From Macrostomum lignano (taxonomy: Eukaryota), in assembly GCA_002269645.1 (NCBI GenBank), contig NIVC01002833.1:31539-95538 (forward strand): a stretch of DNA of 64,000 bases, written 5' to 3'. This document shows positions 1-11,100 of this stretch, piece after piece; within the stretch, counting starts at the first letter, position 1; the number at the start of each line of letters is the position of its first letter. The notes beneath the pieces were generated by a model, which saw only the letters and a list, made by a program, of their open reading frames with translations, was not told the origin of the DNA and did no database searches. Both the position numbers and the translations under genes were made by a program.

Positions 1-789
1 GTGCTCTGAAGTCGCGTGCACTATGACGATCGAACCTGGGGACACATTTGAACCACAGTGCAACAAATTTGTTGGCTTTATGTTGCTTATGGAGCCTGGC
101 AAGAAAGTAACGTTTCAGAAGAAAGCAGAGCCGGAACTCAGCAACAGCCCATTTGACTTAGAAACTATCGACTCTACGGGCGACTGCTCTCTTTCGGCAG
201 AGAATTTCACCCAAGCATTGCAGCGAAAGTACGTCATCTCACACAATACGTGCACACAATATAATTGAGTTTTTAACACTAAGAGTTGCCCTATAATTAC
301 CGCAGAACCGACTGCTTCGTTGCTGATCGCGGCGGCTACTTCAATTGCCAGATTAAAAATCCGAAATCGGTCAGAGAGGCTCTGCACCACGGGTGCTTCT
401 CAGAGAAGCGAATTCTTAACGGGTCCTACAACTGCAGTAAGTTGATCTTTCAGTAACAATAGGTTAAATATTATTATTTAAATGAAATGACCTTGTCCAA
501 ACAGGTTAAACTTCGGTTATTGCGAAGTAGATCCGGGGACTTTGGCTGGAGAATTGGGAGAGACCCACTCATTGCGACAGTGATAAATGACTGATAACGA
601 TCCCTGCGACTAAAACTCATACAAGATAAAAAAAGTTACTTCCAGTCAAAAACTGAAATATTAATTTAATTTTAGTAAACTCCAGCAGTGCAGGATTCAC
701 CTTGACGACAAAGCAGCCCTCGATGCTCGAACAGAAACTGCCCACTTCCAATCCTCAAAGCGACAGGCAGGATGGAGCCGGACGGTTTG
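1..789 (+). CDS. Partial multi-exon gene of unknown function (Cys-containing, probably extracellular); runs off the left edge, 3' end not resolved
   Basis: Exons <1-228, 306-436 and 676-789 join in frame through GT-AG introns (gtacgt..cgcag; gtaagt..ttttag), and a further donor gtgagt follows at 790. Spliced peptide: CSEVACTMTIEPGDTFEPQC...RKTDCFVADRGGYFNCQIKNPKSVREALHHGCFSEKRILNGSYNCINSSSAGF... No family recognised. Confidence 0.5.
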
Positions 790-840
790 GTGAGTTGAAA
801 AATAAATAAACTTTAAATGAACTCACATCTGCATGCGACT

Positions 841-897
841 CAATCAATCATTCAACTAATCAACGAATCAAATAATCAATCAATAAATCGATCAATT

Positions 898-954
<57 letters not shown>

Positions 955-1338
955 GATAATCAATCAACTAATCAATCAGTCAACCAATCAATAAATCAGA
1001 CAATCAATCAATTAATCAATCAATCAATCAGTCAATCAGTCAATCAGTCAATTAATCAGTCAATCAATCAATCAATCAGTCGATCAATAAATCAATCTTT
1101 TAATTGTCTGATCAATCAATCTATAGAACAAACAAACAAACAATACTGAGGTAAGGTAGCACGCTTTAGCAGGCAGAGAAATACAAAAGTTAAAATCAAC
1201 ATAGATTATAATAAATTCTTTCTTCCGACGCGTTTCGGTCCAACAATGACCATCTTCAGGGTCTGGTGTAAAAAAAAATACGCTCGTAAATCCATCAATC
1301 AATCAATTAATCAATCACTTAATCAATCACTTAATCAT

Positions 1339-1372
<34 letters not shown>

Positions 1373-1455
1373 GATCAATTAATCAATTAATCAACTAATC
1401 AATCAATCGATCAATCAGCCAATCTATCAATCAATCAGGCAATTGATAATTGATT

Positions 1456-1517
<62 letters not shown>

Positions 1518-1535
1518 TAATCAATCAATCAATTA
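841..1535. repeat. (AATC)n microsatellite interrupted by a ~160-bp unique island (about 1130-1290)
   Basis: Visible directly; explains ORF 817..1149 (SINQ repeats). Confidence 0.95.
1227..1259 (-). ncRNA. Minimal type I hammerhead-ribozyme-like motif (Penelope-like element type), probably degenerate
   Basis: Minus strand reads CTGAAGA-T-GGTC-attgttg-GACC-GAAA-CGCG-TC. It has the core boxes CUGAnGA and GAAA, a 4-bp stem II, a palindromic mini stem III and a GUC cleavage triplet. Stem I has only 2 bp (CC/GG). Confidence 0.5.
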
Positions 1536-2187
1536 GTCAATATTAAATCAAACTAGTATTTATCTATTTCGACATGGTCTTGCCCCTTAAATTTACCTGA
1601 TGCTGTAACATACAACGATTCCCTCAGTCCAACCAATCAGAAAGACTTGTTCGCAGCTCTGATATCAATCTCCCTGAGGATAAGCCAGATTGTTTACGAG
1701 GTGCTTCATTCGCCGTTTCCCCTCGCCTGACTGATTAATCAACTGCTTTTATTAGTCGCTCGGCTAGCTCTGAGTCACCGAGAGGACACTCCCTGCGTGA
1801 CCACTCAGCACCTGATCATTAATTATTCATAAGGGCAGGCTGGTAGGCACATACATGCAGGCTTGTGAGAAATCAAGGAGCACTTGAAACCAAAATTTGG
1901 ACTTGTAACTCCTTAACGAATATTTTCTAAGACGATATTAAAACCCAGTCCCAATACAGTTTCAAATTGTAATAACGCAATTCTGTCAAATTGTTCACCA
2001 TGGAATCGGACAAATCTGTCACGCCTATTGCGTCATGAAATTAAGAGCTGAAAGGGAAGAGTTATCAACCCCCAGGCTCTGGCTGTAGGTGTCCTTGGAG
2101 AGACAGGTGGTCGCTCAGAGAGTGAATAAATAAGACTGCGAGCACTGCCCTTCGCAGCGGCGCTTTCCAACCCTACCATATCCAAGC

Positions 2188-5100
2188 ATGCCGCCCTACG
2201 CTATTCTCCTGTCAATTATTCTGCTGCTAAGGCAACCGGCCGAGTCTCTGGCAGCCGGAAATTTATCGTACCAAACTTCGGACATCATGTGCTCGAAAAG
2301 CGTCGCTGCCGCGGCCGAGCTGCTGGCTCGGGCAGTTGAAAATGCGACCGCTGGTGACAGCCTTGCCGCCAGCAACAGCATCTGCCAGGACCCGCCGGAC
2401 TGTCGGCGAAGATCGAACGCCTCGGTGGAGCTGCTGCTCACCAGAAGCTGTTCGACCGAATTCGCCAAGCTCAGCTCGAATGCCTACACAGACTGCCAGA
2501 CCCTCCTGCAGAGCCAAACTGTCAAGGACCTGTTCGCCTGCGACCCGGCCTGTCCCGGTGCCGGCTTGCCGCTGTGCGAGTTCCTCCGACGCCAGGAGTT
2601 CCGCGGCTCCGACGGAGTGAGCAGCGTGACGCTGAGCTATCAGACTGACCCGCTCACCCTGGTGCCGTACCCGGCTGTACTGGGCGTCAGCCCCGATGTA
2701 GCGACCCAGGTGCAGCTCCCGTTCCGCCTGCTGCTGGTTGAAAGCGTCGGAGGGGTCAGCGAGGAGCGACGCTGCCCAATCTGCATCAAATTCGCCGGCG
2801 TGCTGGTCGACGAGCCGACGGAAACTCCGACGGTGGACTCAGAGACGACTGTCAGAGACACCAGCGTCGGTTAGGCTGGGTGGAGACTGGAAGACTGGGC
2901 CACAGAAACAGGAATATCATGGAGGGACACAGACAGTCAGAGAGTGACAGAGAGTGACAGAGAGTGACAGAGAGTGACAGAGAGTGACGGAGAGTGAAAG
3001 AGAGTGACAGTGACACAGAGTGACAAAGAGAGTCACAGAGTGACGGAGAGTGACAGAGAGTGACAGAGAGTGACAGAGAGTGACGGAGAGTGAAAGAGAG
3101 TGACAGTGACACAGAGTGACAAAGAGAGTCACAGAGTGACGGAGACAGAGTCGGGAAACTCAAAGCAGCCACCATGGAACACAGAGAGTGGCTGGGGCAC
3201 AACAGGGAATTAATATTTAGTATTTGCAAAGGGTCCAGCAATCAGCAATCAATGATCAAGAGATTAAAGAAATTCATAAAGACTGAACGGTTCAACCCCT
3301 AGCCAATTCTTTATTTCCTATCCATCTAATTCCTCTAGCCAAAGCAATTCGTTGGATTGTAAATGCAACTATTTTTATAGATAAGCTTAGCTCGCTATTT
3401 TCCATCCCGTGACCCTCGAGTTTTCTTCGGCTGTACCTTCTAGGGTTGAAGACTATCTGATAGATGAAGAACGGGCGGGGGAGAAAGTACATTAGGGAAG
3501 CTGGAAGGAGGGAGATGCACATGCCTGCGTGCTTGGTAGCGAAGGATACTACAGCAGTCAATATCGTTGCATCCGAAGGTGCAAGTGGTTGGTTTAAAAA
3601 AACCTGGCGTCTGACTTCTGTATCTCCGACAGTGAATTATTATTCATTGATATGAAAAGTGCATTCGCTGGGATAACCTATTCGATTCCGTCTGGAGTTT
3701 GAAGAGAAAGTGAAGTGGGATCCGGGAAATTCTTCATGTTGTTTACTTGGTTCTCTGCTTGGCTTCATAAATCATTTTGAATAAGTTTATTTCCCAGGGA
3801 TTTGTTCGCATTCGTTTAGAATTTAATCTTCGAAATGCATTTAACTCTTCATTCTGAATGCTTTAACAAAAATGAAAGGCGACTCCCTTAGTATTTCCCC
3901 TCGAAGTAGTATAGGATTTCTCGCACAATTCACCGAATTCCTGCATATGATTTTCTTTGAAGGACTCTGCAGTATGGGAATTCTGGTCCGGAATTTCCCT
4001 GGGATTCCCTTAAAGATTTCCCTTCGAAACTTCCTTAGAAGGTTTCCTTTGAGATTCCTTTTGGGGATCACCAATTTGTATTCCCCTTAGGATTCCTGTT
4101 TGGAATTCACCTTTGGGTGATTCCTCTTTGGGATTCCCATTTGGGATTCCACTTTGGAAAGCGGAAATTCCGCTTTGGAAATTATCTTGGGAATTCCTCT
4201 GCAATTCTCTTTGCGATTTTCCTGGGATACGCTTTGGGATTTCCCTGGGGATACCCTTTGGGATTTCCCTGGGGATACCCTATCGGATTTCCATGGGGAT
4301 ACCCTTTCGGATTTCCCTGGGGATACCCTTTCGGATTTCCCTGGGGATACACTTTCGGATTTCCCTGGGGATTACCCTTTCGGATTTCCCTGGGATACCC
4401 TTTGGGATTCCCCTTGCGATTCTCTTGGGAATCCCCTTGAGATAGGGGGCCGTAGCCCAGCGGTAGCGCAGCTGCTCTGATGTGCCAGCGACCCAGGCTC
4501 GATTCCAAGTGCAGTCACATTAATTTGGGGCTGAATTGGAATCTCGGCTTGGCTCTGCTCGTGCAATTAACGGCCTTGAGAGCCAACCCCCCAAGGCGCA
4601 GTGAAGTGTACATCCCTAACGATAAATAAAGTTAGGGCCGCTGTACACTCCTGTGTGAGTGTGTGCCTGCGTACGTATCCGCGCGCTTGTATGCCTGCTC
4701 AGGGGAGTCGGCGGAATGGGCAGTAATGCCTCTCGCCGGTTGTGTGCCTATGTCGCTTAAAGTGCGCCAGGGTGCACACAACCCCCCTGCCTCTAATAAA
4801 AAAAATCCCCTTGAGATTGCCCAATCGATCGTATAAGATTTACGTCTCTGTAATTAATGTGGTAAATTTTTATAGCTTATATAAGAATCCCCAGAGTTTA
4901 AGGTAATTTGGAAAACCACACCGCCCCATTTAGAAACGCCATGCGCCACCTGTTCAACAACGGAGAGTCCCAGCCGAAACGCCTGCAGCACTTATGAGGG
5001 CTCCGAGCGATCCTACCTTGATGCCAATGGCGAGTGCCAGCCTTTGCCAGCAAATTTTAAGGAACTGAATTCAACGGTGAGTGGCTATCGGTATGCGATT

Positions 5101-8100
5101 TGGGGACAGCTTCAGGAGTCATGGTAACGATTTTATGGGCCATTGTAACTGTTAATGAGATCATAGTAGCAGTTCATAGATTATAAGTTTATTAGAAATA
5201 TTCATGAGGTCATTGCAATATCGATGAGGTCATCGTAGTATTGGTTCAGTCATTGCAGTAACAATGAGATAATATTAATACCTATGATGTCGTAGTATTG
5301 ATGAGGTTGTTTAAGTATTGATGGGTTCTTTTTTCTAACAATTATGTTATTGTAAGAATTGTTTAAGTCATTCTAGAATCTCTGAGGTCATTGTTGAATA
5401 TTTGAGGTCATTGTAGAATATTTGAGGTCATTGTAGAATGTTTGAGGTCATTTTAAAATGTTTGAAGTCATTGTAGAATATTTGAGGTCATTTTAGAACT
5501 AATTAGGTCATTATAAAATTGATGATGTCATTGTAGATTTAATGATGTCATTGTAGAATATTTAAGATAAACGTAAAATCAAAAAGTTTATGAGGTCATT
5601 TTACTATCGATGAGGTCATTTTAGAATGGATGAGGTCATTTTAGTATGGATGAAGTCATATTAAAATCAATGAGGCAACTGAGCTCTTTTTAAACGCGTA
5701 AAAAACATTCCAGATGAAGTCAGACTTGGCTGACAGCCAAAAGGCCACAATGCTGCTTGAGTATGCCCAGAAAAATTTCGACAGCGCTAAGTCGATGAAA
5801 GAATTCACCAGCTTACTGAATCAACAGCTGACCTCGAACACTGACTCATCAACTCGGACGGTTGCCAAATTGTTGAAAACAGTTGGAGTCGTTGCTGACA
5901 TGCCATTGTGGCGAGCTGTCAAGAATCTGACAGACTCTGACGCTAAGGACTTGGCCGAGACCGCCGCCTCTGTTATTGACGCTGTGGACAGCATTGGCTT
6001 CGGGCTGGCGGCGTCCGCTGCCCAGGACTTCAGCATTGATGGCGGCGATGGCGGAGTGGGTGAGTGAGTGACTGACTGACTGACTGACTGACTGACTGAC
6101 TGACTGACTGACTGACTGACTGACTCATTTTCAAAGAGCTACTAGTCATTCATAGTCACTCATAATCACTCATATTCACTCATAGTCACTCATAGTCACC
6201 AAAAGTAACTCATAGTCATTCATAGTCACTCATAATCACTCATATTCACTCATAGTCACTCATAGTCACCAATAGTAACTCATAGTCATTCATAGTCACT
6301 CATATTCACTCATAGTCACTCATAGTCACTCATATTCACTCATAGTCACTCATAGTCACTCATAGTCACTCATAGTCACTCATATTCACTCATATTCACT
6401 CATAGTCACTCATATTCACTCATAGTCACTCATAATCACTCATATTCACTCATAGTCACTAGTCACTCATAGTCACTCATATTCACTCATAGTCACTCAT
6501 AGTCACTCATAGTCACTCATATTCACTCATATTCACTCATAGTCACTCATAGTCACTCATATTCACTCATAGTCACTCATAATCACTCATATTCACTCAT
6601 AGTCACTAGTCACTCATAGTCACTCATAGTCACTCATAGTCACTCATATTCACTCATAGTCACTCATAGTCACTCATAGTCACTCATATTCACTCATATT
6701 CACTCATAGTCACTCATATTCACTCATATTCACTCATAGTCACTCATAGTCACTCATAGTAACTCATAGTAACTCATAGTCTCTCATAGTCACTCATATT
6801 CACTCATAGTCACTCATAATCACTCATATTCACTCATAGTCACTCATAGTCACTCATATTCACTCATAGTCACTCATAGTCACTCATATTCACTCATAGT
6901 CACTCATAGTCACTCATAGTAACTCATAGTAACTCATAGTCTCTCATAGTCACTCATATTCACTCATAGTCACTCATAATCACTCATAATCACTCATAGT
7001 CACTCATAGTCACTCATATTCACTCATAGTCACTCATAGTCACTCATAGTCACTCATAGTCACTCATAGTCACTCATAGTCACTCATAGTCACTCATAGT
7101 CACTCATAGTCACTCATAGTCACTCATAGTCACTCATAGTCACTCATAGTCACTCATAGTCACTCATAGTCACTCATACTAATTGTAGCACTAAAATCCA
7201 AACTGTATGATTTTTACTCACAATTATTCATACAACGCAGCCCCTCTGCATAAAAAGTAATTTTGCCTCAACATAGCGAGTCCAGCTGTCTGCGCCAGTC
7301 ACCAACCGGAACTGTATCTGTTGGCACGCAATGCGCATACAAGTCTGAAAATGTTTCATTTCAAGCTACAGAGCTACGCAATATTGCGTTATTAGCTATC
7401 TGTTGCGAGCATTGCGCGGGAGGTCGCATGGCGTGAATTTGGTTTACGGTCACCGAATCTTGATTTCTGACTCCGCTATTTTTAATATTATTTTGTGCTG
7501 CGAATTTTAACGATAATTGTGTGATGTGACAGGTTGTTACACGCATTGAAAAAAATGGAAACATGTTGGGCTGTAGCGATGGTAGCAAGCGATGAAAAGA
7601 GAATAAATGTTCTGATTTTTTGTAGCAAAATGTTTATACTAACACAGAAAAGTGGTGGAATGGATAAACAGGTCTAAAAGGCAGTTTTACAGGTAGTCTA
7701 ACAGGTACTCATAGTATAACAGGTAGTCTAACAGGTAGTCTAACAGGTAGTCTAACAGGTAGTCGAACAGGTAGTCTAACAAGTAGTCGAACACGTAATC
7801 TAACAAGTAGTCTAACAGGTAGTCTAACAGGTAGTCTAACAGGTAGTCGAACAGGTAGTCTAACAAGTATTCGAACACGTAGTCTAACAAGTAGTCGAAC
7901 AAGTAGTCGAACAAGTAGTCGAACACGTAGTCTAACAAGTAGTCTAACAGGTAGTCGAACACGTAGTCTAACAAGTAGTCGAACACGTAGTCTAACAAGT
8001 AGTCGAACACGTAGTCTAACAGGTAGTCTAACAGGTAGTCGAACAGGTATTCGAACACGTAGTCGAACACGTAGTCTAACAAGTAGTCGAACACGTAGTC

Positions 8101-11100
8101 TAACAGGTAGTCTAACAGGTAGTCGAACACGTAGTCTAACAAGTAGTCGAACACGTAGTCTAACAGGTAGTCTAACAGGTAGTCGAACAGGTATTCGAAC
8201 ACGTAGTCGAACACGTAGTCTAACAGGTAGTCTAACAGGTATTGAACAGGTAGTTTAAAGGGTAGTCTAACAGGTAGTTTAACAGGGTAGTCTAACAGGT
8301 AGTCTAAGTGGTAGTCTAATAGGTAATCGAACAGGTAGTCGAACACGTAGTCGAACAGGTAGTCTAACAGGTAGTCTAACAGGTAGTCGAACATGCAATT
8401 TAACAAGTAGTCTACGAGTAACAGGTAGTCTAGCAGGCTAGTCTAACAGGTATTCTAGCAGGCTAGTCTAACAGGTATTCTAGCAGGCTAGTCTAACAGG
8501 TAGTCTAACAGGTAGTCGAACAGGTAGTCTAACAGGCTAGTCTAACAGGTAGTCGAACAGGTAATCTAACCGGTAGTATAAAAGGTAGACTAACAGGTTA
8601 TCTAACAGGCTAGTCTAACAGGTAGTCTAGCAGCCAGTTTCAAGAGCAGTCCAACTTGCACTTCCCAAAGCGCAGCAGCCCCCCAATCCCCAACTCCCAG
8701 CTCTGTCCTTTGTCCGCCTGGCACCGGACCGCGGCTGGACGACAGCCAAGCCGGACAGCCGGACCCAGCTGAAGCTGACAGCCAATCTTGTCGACAGTTC
8801 CGGGCAAGTCACCGAAGCTGACAATCGAACTGTGGTGGCAACATCGCTAGACCTGCCGCATCTCATTGGCAGCCTGCCAGATCCGGCCGGCAACGCCCCG
8901 GAGACGTCGGGCCTCATCGCGACTCGAATCGTTCAGGCCAGCCTCTTCGGAAGTTCGGACGGCCCGGGAAGTCGCAGGCTGACAGAGGCGTCGGTTCTGG
9001 TCGTGCTGCCGCATCTGAGCGGCAGGCAGTGGGTCGGAGTCCACAGGACCTGCGCCTACCTGAGGCCGGGTACTGGGCTGCTCGACTCCCACGGTTGCCG
9101 GGTGGTGCCCGAGCTCAGCAGCGCAGTGAAAACCGCCTGCCTGTGCAACCATCTCAGCAGTTTTGCTGTTGTCGTGTCGCCGAGCGACTCCTGGGCTACG
9201 ATCGAGTCCAAGCAGCTGCTGATGGAGCACTCTGTGCCGCTGGCAGTTCTCACCTACGTCTGCCTGGGCCTGTCAATCCTCTGCCTGCTGCTCACCTGCG
9301 TCACCTATGCGGCTGTCCGAGTGAAGACTCAGGCCGCCGATCACTCCATAGCAACTCTGCATCGGGTGCACAGCTGCCTGTCTGCCTGCCTGCTGGGCGC
9401 GCACGCCCTTTTTCTAGCCGGGTTCGAGCGCGGGACCACATTCGGCGCGTTGGCCTGCAAGATTGTGTCGGGAGCCGCTGTGTACCTCTTTCTCGCCGTT
9501 TTCTGCTGGCTGCTTTGCGAAGGCTTCATGTACACCAAGAGCCTCATTGTGGTGCTGCCAGGAGTAGACAGCACCTTCGCCAAGGTGGGCAAAGGGGTTA
9601 AACTGAGATAGGCAGCGGAGTGGGGTGGATCCAGGGAGTGAGGTGGGTGCAGGGAGTGAGGTGGGTGAAGGAGTGAGGTTGTGCAGGGAGTGAGGTGAGG
9701 CAGGGAGTGAGGTGAGGCAGGGAGTGAGGTGGGGCAGGGAGTGAGGTGGGGCAGGGAGTGAGGTGGGGCAGGGAGTGAGGTGGGGCAGGGAGTGAGGTGG
9801 GTGCAGGGAGTGAGGTGGGTGAAGGAGTGAGGTTGGTGCAGTGAGTGGAGTGGTTTGAGGTGAGGCAGGGAGTGAGGTGGGTGTAGGAGTGAGGTAGGTG
9901 CAGGAGTGAGGTGGGTGCAGGTGTGAGGCGGGTGTTGAAAGGCGTCAACACGAGCCCGTTGTCCCGGAACCCATCACCAGGTGAAGTTCCGGCACTATTG
10001 CCTGCTGAGCATCCTGGCTCCAGCCGCAATTCTCGTGCCGGTGGCATTGATCCGGTCAGACCAGATGATCCAATACCGGGCCAACCTGGAAGGCTACAGC
10101 GCCAGCCTGGAGGAGCCGAGCACCTGCTGGCTGTCCGACCGGAACGGCACTTATTGGGCCTTCCTCGGCCCGGTCCTGTTTGTCTGTGCCGTCAACCTCG
10201 CCATCTTTGTGGCCATTCTGGTCAAACTGTCCAGGAGGGATCTCGGAACCGGAGGCGATGACGGAGGCTGCAACGGAAACAGCGGCGGTACAGCGGGACT
10301 CTTCGGCCTCGGAGAGTTCATGAGACGGCAGGTGGGTTGCCGTTTGGCCGAGCCTTGGTCTCGAAGAGATTCGTCTCAATGAGATTCGTCTCAATGAGAT
10401 TCGTCTGAATGAGATTCGTCTCAATGAGATTCGTCTGAATGAGATTCGTCTCAATGAGATTCGTCTCGAAGAGATTCGTCTCAATGAGATTCGTCTCAAT
10501 GAGATTCGTCTCGATGAGATTCGTCTCGATGAGATTCGTCTCAATGAGATTTGTCTCAATGAGATTCGTCTCAATGAGATTTGTCTCAATGAGATTCGTC
10601 TCAATGAGATTTGTCTCAATGAGATTCGTCTCAATGAGATTCGTCTCAATGAGATTCGTCTCAATGAGATTTGTCTCAATGAGATTCGTCTCAATGAGAT
10701 TTGTCTCAATGAGATTCGTCTCAATGAGATTCGTCTCGATGAGATTCGTCTCGATGAGATTCGTCTCGATGAGATTCGACTCAATTACGAAAGCATTACA
10801 TTATAATTCAGAATGGACTATTCTCTATCCAATCCCCCAGGTGAAGCTGTCAATCACGCTGGCCTCGCTGCTCGGGCTCACCTGGCTGCTGTGCATTCTA
10901 TTCTTCTTTGCTGAGGGCCGGTTCCTGCTCGCGGCTCACTACCTGTTCGTGCTGCTCACCGGCCTGCAGGGCTGCTTCATCTTCGCCACCCAGATCGCCG
11001 CTCACGAGAGAATTCGCGAGGCCTGGGAGCGGCGCCTGCTGAGCAGCGGCGGCCGCTGCCTCCCCAGCAGCCTTCGCCGCTGTCTGGAGAGACGGCGCAC

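Noticed and set aside
505-586. Short open segment LNFGYCEVDPGTLAGELGETHSLRQ* after an acag acceptor
   Set aside because: The strong donor at 437 gives an immediate stop with this acceptor but splices in frame to 676. It could only be used with a weaker alternative donor.
3291-3449. Imperfect 11-12-bp inverted repeat (TTCAACCCCTAG / CTAGGGTTGAA) as a possible MITE
   Set aside because: Short, imperfect and without a target-site duplication.
3600-3705. LFIDMKSAF, resembling a non-LTR reverse-transcriptase motif
   Set aside because: The frame is closed by stops within about 35 codons and no other RT motifs are nearby.
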